Virus record (IMG/VR): IMGVR_UViG_3300034198_008895
Coordinates: 99,395-163,394 of that record
DNA: 64,000 nucleotides
Source: a virus
Direction: 5' to 3' (one strand)
The notes beneath the pieces were generated by a model. The model saw nothing but the letters and a program-made list of their open reading frames with translations, made no database searches and was not told the origin of the DNA. This document shows, piece by piece, positions 8,956 through 18,469 of the stretch. The position numbers and the translations under genes are program-made. How positions within the stretch are numbered: the first letter of the stretch is position 1; every line of letters begins with the position of its first letter.

Positions 8956-10398
8956 ATGTCTAACAAGCTTGTCTTGTTTTGTGACGGTGCTTGTCGTCCT
9001 AATCCTGGGTTTGCTGGCTTTGGTATCTTTGGTTTTATTTATACTGATGCTGATAAACCCAAGAATCACAAACACCCACATCACGGAACTCTTTATTTTA
9101 CTCCTACTGGTATTCAGCGTGATAAGAGTGAAACACCAATTGCAGTAAGTCATATTCTTGAAATGATTTATGCTGTTGGTAATCCTCAAAGCACAAATAA
9201 CGAAGCAGAACTTAAAGCAATTGTTGCTAGCTTAAAGAAAGCTTCTACACTTGAAAACTTAACTGACATTGCTATTTGGACTGATAGTAATTATATTGTC
9301 AGCGCCTTCAATGAAAATCTAGATAACTGGATTAGAAATAGCTGGAGACGCATTGATGGTAAGATTATAACTCATATCGCTGAATGGGAAAAAATCGTTC
9401 AGTATCGTGAGTTGTTTAAAGAAAAAGGTTGTAACTTATCTATCAGCTGGATTAAGGGACATACTGAATCTAAAGATGATAACTATAGTCATTGTAATAA
9501 TATAGCTGATATCTACTCAGTTATTGGTTCCAATTATGCTAGGATTAATAATCCTTCTCAAGATACAGTCATCATGGATAACATGCTGACATACGCAGAA
9601 TATAAGAAGTCTTATGCTGATAAAGACTTTGTTTTCTATTTCCGTGACATGTATTTTAGTTCGGATAAAGAAATTGATGACAGGAATTACTGTTTCATTA
9701 GTACTTCTGATGACCCAGGGCTGCTTGGTAAGCGAAACAATTCTTCAATCTTCGCCACCAACATAGGCTATATTCCTCCTATCATCAACCAGATCAAAGC
9801 TTTTTATCGTGAGATAAATCGTAACTATATAACGACATGTTGTCTTAAGATTAATAAACTTGAGAATAAAGATATCTATCGTCTGTCTGAATATATAGAT
9901 GCTCGGTTAATGTTGTTACCAATGCCTTCTCAACCGAGAACTTATTTGCTGGTTGGAGATAAGACTCCATTCCTATACGAGAATGCAGTGAGCTTCCCGT
10001 TCATTGTGAATGCTGCTGAGATGTTCTCAAAGATGTCTGATATTGATTCTGTCATTGATGAAGAAAATCCAAATATCTATAAGTTCGATGTAACCGATAC
10101 ATTTATTGACTTGCAAGAACATAAACTTAAAATAACTAATAAGGACAAAGATATCGATTTTTCTGACCTTGTTAAAGATCATATACAATTCAAACAGAAA
10201 CTTATCATCAAAATCAGTTACGATGTTCCAAGTTTCTTAGCACTGAAAAATATTGAAAGTGAAATCGAAAAGGTTCAGTTAATCATCGAGACTAATCCCG
10301 ATAATAACTTCTGTACGGTTTACATCAATATAGCCACAAATTCAAGGAGTATTTATTCCGTAAATATTGGGAGTAAGTATCTCCGAAAAACTAAATGA
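8956..10398 (+). CDS. rnhA: RNase HI with long C-terminal extension (phiKZ gp155-like)
   Basis: LFCDGACRPNPG, TNNEAEL, IWTDSNY, WIKGH, NNIAD: all RNase HI catalytic motifs. Confidence 0.85.
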   Translation: MSNKLVLFCDGACRPNPGFAGFGIFGFIYTDADKPKNHKHPHHGTLYFTPTGIQRDKSETPIAVSHILEMIYAVGNPQSTNNEAELKAIVASLKKASTLENLTDIAIWTDSNYIVSAFNENLDNWIRNSWRRIDGKIITHIAEWEKIVQYRELFKEKGCNLSISWIKGHTESKDDNYSHCNNIADIYSVIGSNYARINNPSQDTVIMDNMLTYAEYKKSYADKDFVFYFRDMYFSSDKEIDDRNYCFISTSDDPGLLGKRNNSSIFATNIGYIPPIINQIKAFYREINRNYITTCCLKINKLENKDIYRLSEYIDARLMLLPMPSQPRTYLLVGDKTPFLYENAVSFPFIVNAAEMFSKMSDIDSVIDEENPNIYKFDVTDTFIDLQEHKLKITNKDKDIDFSDLVKDHIQFKQKLIIKISYDVPSFLALKNIESEIEKVQLIIETNPDNNFCTVYINIATNSRSIYSVNIGSKYLRKTK

Positions 10399-10454
10399 AG
10401 TGATAGTACTTACTTTCGTTTGTCCGAGTCTTTTTCTAGTTTAAGGAGAAAATA

Positions 10455-11129
10455 ATGGGAATTCTTAATCCTGTCGTTTCCAAGTTTACACTTGTTCAAG
10501 GTGTTCCACAGGAAATTTACGTATGTCCTGGTTCAAAGACACACGCTGTTGTTGATCTGAGCTTCTTCAAAGATGATCTGAACGGTGACGCTCTGATCGC
10601 TGTTGCTCTGGCTTCTGAAAGCAATCCAAATAACCTGACAACTGTTGATTACTTCATTGATGACATTCAGCTCGTCGGCGCTGTTAACTCTGCTGAACTA
10701 AACAAGGTTATCGTAGGTCAAGGTGAGCGTCTGTTCATCAAGGTTATATCAGGTGTTGACATTGTTTGTCGTCTTTCTGGTGTTGAAGAAAACAACCCGA
10801 AGGTTCTGAAGGCTGGTCGTCTGGCTGCTTCCTCGATCTCTGGCACGGCTCAGACCCAGATCTATGCTAACGCTCTTCCGAACGTTGCTTATATCTCTGC
10901 CTCAGCCACCATCTTCAATACCTCTGCAACTGAAAATGCTCAGGTCGAAGCTTGGATCAGTACTTCCGGTGTTCCGGCAGCTTCTGACAAGGTTCTGAAG
11001 CTGGAAGTTCCTTTCAGCGATACGACTATTCTGGAAAACATTCTGCTGGCTCCGAACGAAAAGATTTTCGTTAAGTCCAGTGTTGCCGATACCGAATACT
11101 TCGTTAACGGTACAGTTGTTGCTCAGTAA
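10455..11129 (+). CDS. probable virion structural protein with two tandem beta-sandwich domains
   Basis: two ~110-aa similar halves (QEIYVCP..VIVGQGERLFIK / TQIYAN..ILLAPNEKIFVK); biased codon usage typical of highly expressed genes. Confidence 0.55.
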   Translation: MGILNPVVSKFTLVQGVPQEIYVCPGSKTHAVVDLSFFKDDLNGDALIAVALASESNPNNLTTVDYFIDDIQLVGAVNSAELNKVIVGQGERLFIKVISGVDIVCRLSGVEENNPKVLKAGRLAASSISGTAQTQIYANALPNVAYISASATIFNTSATENAQVEAWISTSGVPAASDKVLKLEVPFSDTTILENILLAPNEKIFVKSSVADTEYFVNGTVVAQ

Positions 11130-11229
11130 TAAAATATCAAACAAAAGCTTAGTCTCGGGTAAAACCGAGACTAAGTCTTTTTTTAATAACAACAAAATAC
11201 TTTAGTAGACCTATTAATTATGGTGAAAA

Positions 11230-11592
11230 ATGAGTGCGATGCTTACGCCTAAATGGAAACAGATTGGTAGCAACAGGATCGGATTCTATTGTCCAGGGTG
11301 TGACGATATACATATGATCGATACTGATCGCTGGACATTCACATTTAAAAATGACAAAGGAACTATTAGTCCTAGTGTCTTAGTTAAGTCTGGTCATTTT
11401 GCAGATCATTATAAAGCAGAAGATAATTGCTGGTGTAAATATTACGCCGAACATCCTAAGGAGGAACCTGTTTACAAATGCGGTGTTTGTCACCTATTCT
11501 TGGTAGATGATGTTATTTCCTACCTAACTGACTGTACTCATGCGTATGCTGGTAAGGTCATTCCTCTTCCTGATTTTCCGATTAGAAATTAA
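11230..11592 (+). CDS. DUF6527-like Cys/His-rich protein
   Basis: FYCPGC..H, W.F, ISPSVLV, CHLFL, DCTHAYAG..IPLPD pattern. Confidence 0.55.
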   Translation: MSAMLTPKWKQIGSNRIGFYCPGCDDIHMIDTDRWTFTFKNDKGTISPSVLVKSGHFADHYKAEDNCWCKYYAEHPKEEPVYKCGVCHLFLVDDVISYLTDCTHAYAGKVIPLPDFPIRN

Positions 11593-11606
11593 CTTGGAGC
11601 AAAAAC

Positions 11607-12299
11607 ATGTTTGACGAACTTGGTGATATTAGTTCTGTTGATGTTAGTGAGTTACAAGACACTGGCATGCAAAAGAAAAGCAACTACGGTGGTAATGGCA
11701 ACGGTGGGTGGCAAAAAAACAATGGTGGTCAAGGCGGCGGCAATAAGTGGCCTAAGAAAGAAGATAAGGTCGAACCTCCTTATGTTCCTGTCACTGTTTG
11801 GGTTGATCGTGAGTTCCCGCCTGAAGTTAAGAATGCTATTTACAATATCAGTAGCAAGCTGATTGCAAAGGGCATTACAATTCGCGTGAACGGTGATGAT
11901 AAAGATTTCTTGGCTAAACTCCAAGCTTTGTCTGATGTTCATGTGGAAGTTTATATTCCTTGGAGAAACTTTAACGAGATTGATTCCAAGCATTATTTCA
12001 ATACACTTACATCCAAAGATATCGCTATCAAGCATTTCCCGCCTTATGACCGCGTTCCTGATGCAGTTAAGGCTATGCTTGCTCGTAATGTCCGTATGAT
12101 CTTCGGTGATAAAAATAACAGCATTACGCTGTGTTTAATTACGTGGAGTAAGGACGGTGCATCTCGTGTTAGCGAAGTAACTAAAGATACCGGTAAGTCG
12201 TCTTTTGTTATTAAGGTTGCAAGTTCTTATGGTTTCCCTGTTGTCAATATTGCTAAACAGACAGCAGAAAATATTTTGGAAAAAACCTTTGGATTGTAA
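11607..12299 (+). CDS. SLOG/DprA-like fold protein with Gly/Asn-rich N-terminus
   Basis: YIPWRNFN, LARNVRMIFG, ITWSKDG align with the motifs of 13793..14338. Confidence 0.55.
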   Translation: MFDELGDISSVDVSELQDTGMQKKSNYGGNGNGGWQKNNGGQGGGNKWPKKEDKVEPPYVPVTVWVDREFPPEVKNAIYNISSKLIAKGITIRVNGDDKDFLAKLQALSDVHVEVYIPWRNFNEIDSKHYFNTLTSKDIAIKHFPPYDRVPDAVKAMLARNVRMIFGDKNNSITLCLITWSKDGASRVSEVTKDTGKSSFVIKVASSYGFPVVNIAKQTAENILEKTFGL

Positions 12300-12309
12300 G
12301 GAGTTTTAA

Positions 12310-13008
12310 ATGAGCAACAAGAATCGTAATCAGCAACAAAGACCAAACACTGGTACTGCTAAGCCTCCGGTTGAACAAACTGAAGTTCAGCAAGATCAGA
12401 CCAATCTGAATGCCGAGCAAGATCAAACCAATGCAGCTGCTGAACAAGCTTCTGAAACTGGTGTTGGTCAAGCTCAAGAAACAACTGCACCGGAAACGGC
12501 TGCTCCTGTTGTTCAAGATACCAAACCGGCAGAAGCTGAAGCCGCCAAAGCTCAGCCTAAGTCATCCCATTCACAACCTCAAAAAGGATTTAAGCCTGTG
12601 TATAAAGTTGAACTCGAACTGACCGGCTATGCCGAAGCTATGGACAAAGCAAAGCCCATGGTTCCTGCCGATGGCGGTAAGTGGCAATATTCCCTGTTCA
12701 AGGCGATCAAGTCGATCTTCCTTGCTAAGTCTCAAGAAGACTTTAACAATGAATTCAACACTGTTCTGTCGTTCTTCAACAAGAACAAAGACGGTATCTT
12801 CAACGAAAAGTTTATCTTCCGTTTCCCGGAAAACTGGCCTGGTAGCCAAGCAGAATATACCCAGAATCGTCGTCTGGTGTATCTGATCATCCAGACCGCT
12901 GATCCTAAGGGTCGTAAGAAGGCTCTTGACCAGATCAATATGGAAATGGTTGCTGAAGGTATGTCCGAAGCTCAGAAGCAAATGCTTTTCAACTTCTACC
13001 AGATGTAA
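12310..13008 (+). CDS. hypothetical protein with Q/A/E/P-rich disordered N-terminus
   Basis: AAGGAG RBS; strong codon bias; followed by the hairpin at ~13017-13051. Confidence 0.65.
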   Translation: MSNKNRNQQQRPNTGTAKPPVEQTEVQQDQTNLNAEQDQTNAAAEQASETGVGQAQETTAPETAAPVVQDTKPAEAEAAKAQPKSSHSQPQKGFKPVYKVELELTGYAEAMDKAKPMVPADGGKWQYSLFKAIKSIFLAKSQEDFNNEFNTVLSFFNKNKDGIFNEKFIFRFPENWPGSQAEYTQNRRLVYLIIQTADPKGRKKALDQINMEMVAEGMSEAQKQMLFNFYQM

Positions 13009-13054
13009 CAAAAAAAAAAATATCCCACGGCACAAAGCTGTGGGATATTTTTCA

Positions 13055-13480
13055 TCATTCGCAGTCACCTATAGGTTTATTCATTTCACGAATAATTTCA
13101 TCGATCTCGTCTTGCGTGAGATCTTTGATCTTCATGACTTTACCTTCCTTAAGTCTTTGATAATATGTGTGAAACTTCTTAACAGCTTTACCAAAGCTTA
13201 AAGGTGACAAGAGTTTGTCAGTTACGGTCTTGAATCTTTCATCATCCGGATCATCTGTATAATGTCGAGGAAGACGTTCAACATGCAGAAGATTGATCAT
13301 CTCGGTATATTTAATACCGTGTTTATGTCCTTCCACATATGTTAAGTCGATACGATTCTTATGTCCGACATTAACCGTTATCTTTTTATGTTTCTCAAAC
13401 AGAGAAACAAGTTGACGGTGTGATATATTCGCAAAGTCAACTTCTTCTAACTGCAGCTCATTAACTTCAACTCTGGACAT
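13055..13480 (-). CDS. hypothetical protein
   Basis: 141 aa, AGGAG RBS, downstream of the promoter motif at 13514. Confidence 0.6.
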   Translation of the reverse strand: MSRVEVNELQLEEVDFANISHRQLVSLFEKHKKITVNVGHKNRIDLTYVEGHKHGIKYTEMINLLHVERLPRHYTDDPDDERFKTVTDKLLSPLSFGKAVKKFHTYYQRLKEGKVMKIKDLTQDEIDEIIREMNKPIGDCE

Positions 13481-13510
13481 TGTTAGCTCCTTTTAAAGAT
13501 GGTTGTCAGT

Positions 13511-13540
13511 TTCTATATATGTAATTAAAAAATATTCAAA
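13511..13540 (-). promoter_or_regulatory. early-type phage promoter
   Basis: TATATATG at 13514-13521, TTCAAA at 13535-13540. Confidence 0.6.
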
Positions 13541-13574
13541 AAGATAATGTGATAAATAAACGCGGAACATACAA

Positions 13575-13790
13575 ATGGGTGAAACTGTCGATAACAATAG
13601 TAACAAGCTTAGATTAAAAGAAGTAAAGATCATTGAGTATATTTGTGATAAGTGTCATGCAGGTAAAATGAAACCAACAAATATCATGCTTACATCAATG
13701 CCACCTAAATACGAACACGTCTGTCCTTATTGTAATAGTAAGGCTAATCTTGACCATACTTATCCTAGAACAGTTATTGTTGTGGAGTAA
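13575..13790 (+). CDS. small zinc-ribbon protein
   Basis: CDKC...CPYC. Confidence 0.6.
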   Translation: MGETVDNNSNKLRLKEVKIIEYICDKCHAGKMKPTNIMLTSMPPKYEHVCPYCNSKANLDHTYPRTVIVVE

Positions 13791-13792
13791 TT

Positions 13793-14338
13793 ATGAAGAA
13801 TAAAATATATGCTGGAGTAGGTTCTAGAGAAACTCCTGAGGCTATTCAAAAACTGATGTTTAAAATAGCCGCTATCCTTGCTAGAAAGGGCTACAAGCTG
13901 CGATCAGGTGCTGCCGAAGGTGCTGATACCGCTTTTGAACTTGGATGCGTCTCAGCAGGCGGAGATAAAGAAATTTGGTTACCGTGGAAAGGATTCAATA
14001 ACCATGAGGACACTAAACTTTATCCTAACCCAGGACATTTTGCAAAAGCTGAAGCTTCTTTAGATCATTGGTCAAAACTTACACAAGGCATGAAAAGACT
14101 TCATGCTCGTAATGTAGGTCAAGTTCTTGGTATGCATTTAGAAGTGCCTGTTGACTTTGTTCTTTGCTGGACTCCTGATGGAGCTACTTCTAGACAAGAA
14201 TGTACGTCTAAAACAGGTGGAACAGCCACTGCTATTAAACTGGCAAGCGATCTAGGAATACCTGTGATCAATATGCAAAAATATTCAAGTACAGAAGATC
14301 TTGAGAAAGATTTAAAGAAGTTACTTAAAGCCAAATAA
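13793..14338 (+). CDS. SLOG/DprA-like nucleotide-binding protein
   Basis: YAGVGSRETP, LRSGAAEGADTAFE, LPWKGFN, HARN, CWTPDG, GGTATAI. Confidence 0.8.
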   Translation: MKNKIYAGVGSRETPEAIQKLMFKIAAILARKGYKLRSGAAEGADTAFELGCVSAGGDKEIWLPWKGFNNHEDTKLYPNPGHFAKAEASLDHWSKLTQGMKRLHARNVGQVLGMHLEVPVDFVLCWTPDGATSRQECTSKTGGTATAIKLASDLGIPVINMQKYSSTEDLEKDLKKLLKAK

Positions 14339-14375
14339 AAGATCCTGACAGAGTATCTCTGTCAGGATTCTTCTT

Positions 14376-15701
14376 TTACGTTACAAGATCTTTCATTTGA
14401 ATCGTTGTAGATTCATTTGTCTTACCATGAGTTAACTGCATAAACAAAGACAAAAGAACACCAGACAGCTCAGATGCAATGTTTGTCACACCTGAAGGAA
14501 TATCTTTATAGACTTCATTCATGCACTTATAACAAATTGTATTCTTAGGAGAAGTACAATACATGCTACTTCTAATAACAATCTCTTTTCCAATAAGCGC
14601 TTTAGCTTTATCAATGGAATCAATCAAAGTCCATTTACCATTCAATGCAACATATCGGTTAAGAAGCTTAGGTGCATTATAGTCATTAATAACACGCTTT
14701 AAACCACGTTTCGTATTACATTCGATAGGTGATATAGATAAGCTAGAAAGAGAGCGTTGTAGGATCTTGTAGGTATATCCACCAAGCTGTGTGGAAGAAC
14801 CACGAGCAAAAGAACCAATACGCAAATCATTCATATACTTAGGAAAGTCTTCTTCGTCTGTACTAACACCTTCTAGCAGAGAATTCTGAACAGTCTTTGC
14901 GTAAGTAACCTTCTCAAAGTCCATTGTGTCACCGAAGACCATATACATCTTTCTGCGAGCATTCTTAGACTTCTTATTAAAGATATTCTTAGCAGCAGGA
15001 TCATCTGCCAGATAATCATTGTCAATCTTAATCAATGCTTGTTCAAACTCAACAAGCTTAACTGGATCACTAAGTTGACCTTCATATTGTTTCAACAGCT
15101 CTTGTTTTTTCTTAGCCAAATCAGGTGCTGGTGTAATAGCTTTCTTGGTAGAAGCAATATTAATAATGTTAGCTAGGTTGGTTAAGAATCCTAAACGATC
15201 AAAACAATCAATCATTTCAGAAACACTGATGTCAGTTTCCTTAGCATCCTTGTCACTAACAACCTTTTCAGCAATCATCTTCTCGATTGTACTTACCTTG
15301 ATCTGTCCTTCAACATAACCAAGTTTATTTTTAAAAGCAGGATAAAGACAAAGTGCATTAATAATCAGATTACCAAGCTTTGTTTCAAACTTGGAAGTAA
15401 TGAAAGGACCCCAAGAAGGATCAACCTGAACGATATCTTGGAATTTGAATAACGGTTCATCTTTAACATAATCAGAAATCTTAGTCAACTGTTTATTGTC
15501 AACCCAAGTTTTAATTGTGTTATCTTTAATATCTACAAAGTAAAGACCATCTGGTTTTGTAACAATATCAAGCCAGTTTTTCTTTTCCCAGTCCGTATCA
15601 TCTCTTAACAAAGGGATAGCAAAACAAGAGAAGTACCATGACTTGTTTTCTATTTTATTTGCAGCAAATGCTTTCTTCAGATATTCAAGTTTAGTTAGCA
15701 T
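14376..15701 (-). CDS. virion RNA polymerase beta' subunit, C-terminal part (phiKZ gp80-like)
   Basis: bridge-helix-like GSFARGSSTQLGGYTYKILQR, ECNT, RSSMYC..ICYKC Zn site, trigger-loop-like MQLTHG. Confidence 0.8.
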   Translation of the reverse strand: MLTKLEYLKKAFAANKIENKSWYFSCFAIPLLRDDTDWEKKNWLDIVTKPDGLYFVDIKDNTIKTWVDNKQLTKISDYVKDEPLFKFQDIVQVDPSWGPFITSKFETKLGNLIINALCLYPAFKNKLGYVEGQIKVSTIEKMIAEKVVSDKDAKETDISVSEMIDCFDRLGFLTNLANIINIASTKKAITPAPDLAKKKQELLKQYEGQLSDPVKLVEFEQALIKIDNDYLADDPAAKNIFNKKSKNARRKMYMVFGDTMDFEKVTYAKTVQNSLLEGVSTDEEDFPKYMNDLRIGSFARGSSTQLGGYTYKILQRSLSSLSISPIECNTKRGLKRVINDYNAPKLLNRYVALNGKWTLIDSIDKAKALIGKEIVIRSSMYCTSPKNTICYKCMNEVYKDIPSGVTNIASELSGVLLSLFMQLTHGKTNESTTIQMKDLVT

Positions 15702-16584
15702 TTACAGCCTCCCTTTGTTTCTGAACTTCAAGGAACATATTGAAGTCATTCAACATGCTAAGCATCGAAGCTTCTAACTTGGTAACATTTTCTAAGTTCT
15801 GTGTGAACATAGCAGTATTTTGTTTAAACTTCAGAATAGGAAGTTCGTAAGAATCATTACAGATCATTAGTACACTTAGGCAATCCAAAGCTGCTTGACC
15901 ACGATTAGTCATGATGGTCTTATCAATATACGACGCAATGTTTGCAGAAATCAGATCGTTAAACTGCTGTAATGTAATAGACGTAAAGCCGTTATTGAAA
16001 TAGGTCAAACCAATACAGTCAGACTTATCAATAAAATTAAAGAAGTACCTTACATGCTTAAGATGTTTGATATCCACCTTTTCATCGTCAGTTTCTTCTT
16101 TGTCTTTGATATACTCTTTCAGAGAATCAACAAAGTGATCTTCAACGTGAGCAATCATTTCCATTAGACGTGGTTTATCTAACAGGCTAAGATGATCAAT
16201 CAGATCAACAATAATGTTACGTGGTGTATCTTCTGCGTGAAGACGATATGAGATTTGGCTATAATCTTCAAGACTCTGTACGATATAAAGGAAGTTAGCA
16301 ACTTCTGTCATTTCGTGCAAGGTGATAGGAATATCTTTGTTAAGAAATATAAAGTGTTCCTTAATAATCTTTTCAACTTCTTTTTCTAAAGTGTGAACAA
16401 ACATATCACGCTTGCTATCTGAGGTGATATCACTATCACGCTGAATTAAATCGATAAGCTGATCTTCATAAAACTTTCTACCGAAAGCTTCAAGCAATGC
16501 AAAGGCAGCATAAATATTTTTTTGTTGTTCAGGAGTAAAGGTGTTACCAACGTAATAAATGGTTATTTCAGCTAAGTTGATCAT
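15691..16584 (-). CDS. hypothetical protein (phiKZ gp79-position core gene)
   Basis: 297 aa, overlapping the start of vRNAP beta'-C; assignment by synteny only. Confidence 0.5.
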   Translation of the reverse strand: MINLAEITIYYVGNTFTPEQQKNIYAAFALLEAFGRKFYEDQLIDLIQRDSDITSDSKRDMFVHTLEKEVEKIIKEHFIFLNKDIPITLHEMTEVANFLYIVQSLEDYSQISYRLHAEDTPRNIIVDLIDHLSLLDKPRLMEMIAHVEDHFVDSLKEYIKDKEETDDEKVDIKHLKHVRYFFNFIDKSDCIGLTYFNNGFTSITLQQFNDLISANIASYIDKTIMTNRGQAALDCLSVLMICNDSYELPILKFKQNTAMFTQNLENVTKLEASMLSMLNDFNMFLEVQKQREAVNAN

Positions 16585-16679
16585 ACAACCCTCTGTAAAA
16601 AAGTGAATTAATCTTTGATCAAAACATCTAGAAGACAGTAAAAATACACCACGAGGATAACCCCGTGGTGCACTTTGAT

Positions 16680-18134
16680 TTATACCTTAACAACTTCAAC
16701 TTGTTGCATCAGGAAGTCAGTGACATACTTAACTGAGGCATAAAGTGCTGCTTCCATCGGATCGATATTTTCCGACATCTTCATGATCTCAGTCATTTCG
16801 TTCAGAATAAAGAAAGCATTACTGAAACGGAAACGAACATTTGCAACCAATTGCAGACAAATACGATCAAGGTCATCGATATCTGACAGTTGCAAACTAT
16901 CAATATACTTATAAGCCAGATCACGGGTTTCTTGGATGAAATGAGAAGAGTTATTAGAAACTTCTCTTTCTTCCTCTGACAACTCCATAATAGACTCGTC
17001 AAACTTAGCAATCAGAATTTGTCTGAAAATGTCAAGCTTGTTATTATTCATAGAAATAAGGTACAAACTACGAACCGTATTCCACTTGTTGATAAAGTTT
17101 TCTTTATTAGCAATCAGTTCAGAAACAGTAACGCTGTTTTTGTTCTCGCTGGAAATAAAACCAAACAGAACTTCAACAGAGCAACCAGCTTCAGCCAACT
17201 TAGCAAAGCTTTCTTCGTAAACAGTGATAGCCAAAGGCTTGTCATTAAAATAAGAGAATGCTGTTTCTGAATCGGTGGTCAGAAGACGACCGTTCATGAT
17301 ATCACGACGATATGTTTCCAGAGCGATATTCAGCTTATTACCGTAGTAGTCACGATTAGCAACACACTTGCTCTTTAACTGAACACTTGAGTAACCAAGT
17401 TCCAAATCGGCCTTATTGAGAAGGTTACGATAGAACAGATAGTTAATCAGAGAATAGTCCATCAGGTTATGGACTGAAAGCGTATATTCAGGAACATTTT
17501 CTGTTAGATAACCCATCATGCGATCCTTACCTTCGGCTGTGAACCAGGTAGAGATGTAGTTATCTTGATCAGCGTCACCTGTCAGGATATAGGAACCCAG
17601 ATCAAATTCTTCCTTAACCAGTTTGGAAAGATCAACCGGATCAAAGAAAAACTTATTGGTAGAACCCTTGTAAGAATTGATTTCGTTTTCAATCAGATAT
17701 GAAGAAAACACATCAGCAGGCTTGAAGTAGCTGATGCTAAAGAAATCTTCAGCTTCCTTAAACTTATAGTCCGACAGACCTTGCTGAACCTTTTCTTTCA
17801 ACAAGTTAATTTGCTTGTTAACAACACCACGAGCAAACGCAATGTGGTTAGCAATAATGTTAGACAGATCAACTTGGTAGTTGTCCATCAGCAGGTCGTG
17901 ACTAGATTGCGTGTAGGTCTTCATCTTGTTGACCATGGTATCTGTACCAGAAGCTGCGTGCAGCAGACTCGGTTCGATATATTCACGCTTTTCAATCTTA
18001 CTGAACATGTTATTGCCGATAGCAGCAACCAGTTCCTGAATCAGGGTAGACTGCTTAGGAACCAACTTAATACCGTTGGTAGCAGCAATCTCTGCCAGAT
18101 TAGTACCAATCGCAACAGATGATTGTGATAACAT
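16680..18134 (-). CDS. hypothetical protein, probable virion protein
   Basis: 484 aa, AAGGAG RBS, strong codon bias. Confidence 0.55.
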   Translation of the reverse strand: MLSQSSVAIGTNLAEIAATNGIKLVPKQSTLIQELVAAIGNNMFSKIEKREYIEPSLLHAASGTDTMVNKMKTYTQSSHDLLMDNYQVDLSNIIANHIAFARGVVNKQINLLKEKVQQGLSDYKFKEAEDFFSISYFKPADVFSSYLIENEINSYKGSTNKFFFDPVDLSKLVKEEFDLGSYILTGDADQDNYISTWFTAEGKDRMMGYLTENVPEYTLSVHNLMDYSLINYLFYRNLLNKADLELGYSSVQLKSKCVANRDYYGNKLNIALETYRRDIMNGRLLTTDSETAFSYFNDKPLAITVYEESFAKLAEAGCSVEVLFGFISSENKNSVTVSELIANKENFINKWNTVRSLYLISMNNNKLDIFRQILIAKFDESIMELSEEEREVSNNSSHFIQETRDLAYKYIDSLQLSDIDDLDRICLQLVANVRFRFSNAFFILNEMTEIMKMSENIDPMEAALYASVKYVTDFLMQQVEVVKV

Positions 18135-18144
18135 CGTTAGCTCC

Positions 18145-18363
18145 TTACTTAGAAATATTTTCTTTGACGCGGTTAGCGACCAGATTCGACAACATGTTAC
18201 GGTTCAGAGACTGCTGACCCAGGCTGTCAGCGATATCCTTACCAGCGATCTTGATAATGACGCTCGTAGCGAGGTCAACGACATTTGAAAGAACAACAGC
18301 GTTATCAGCGATCTTTTGTGTCTTGATAGCGTCTTCTTGTTCTTGGACAGTTAAATCTGACAT
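18145..18363 (-). CDS. small hypothetical protein
   Basis: ATG at 18363 after GGAG. Confidence 0.5.
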   Translation of the reverse strand: MSDLTVQEQEDAIKTQKIADNAVVLSNVVDLATSVIIKIAGKDIADSLGQQSLNRNMLSNLVANRVKENISK

Positions 18364-18469
18364 GGTTATTAGCTCCGTAGATAGCAATTCATAACATTTC
18401 TCAAAGGAATAGCGATTACTTTATTTTTTATTTTTACAGAAATGAGATGATAATTTTAAGGATACGAAA

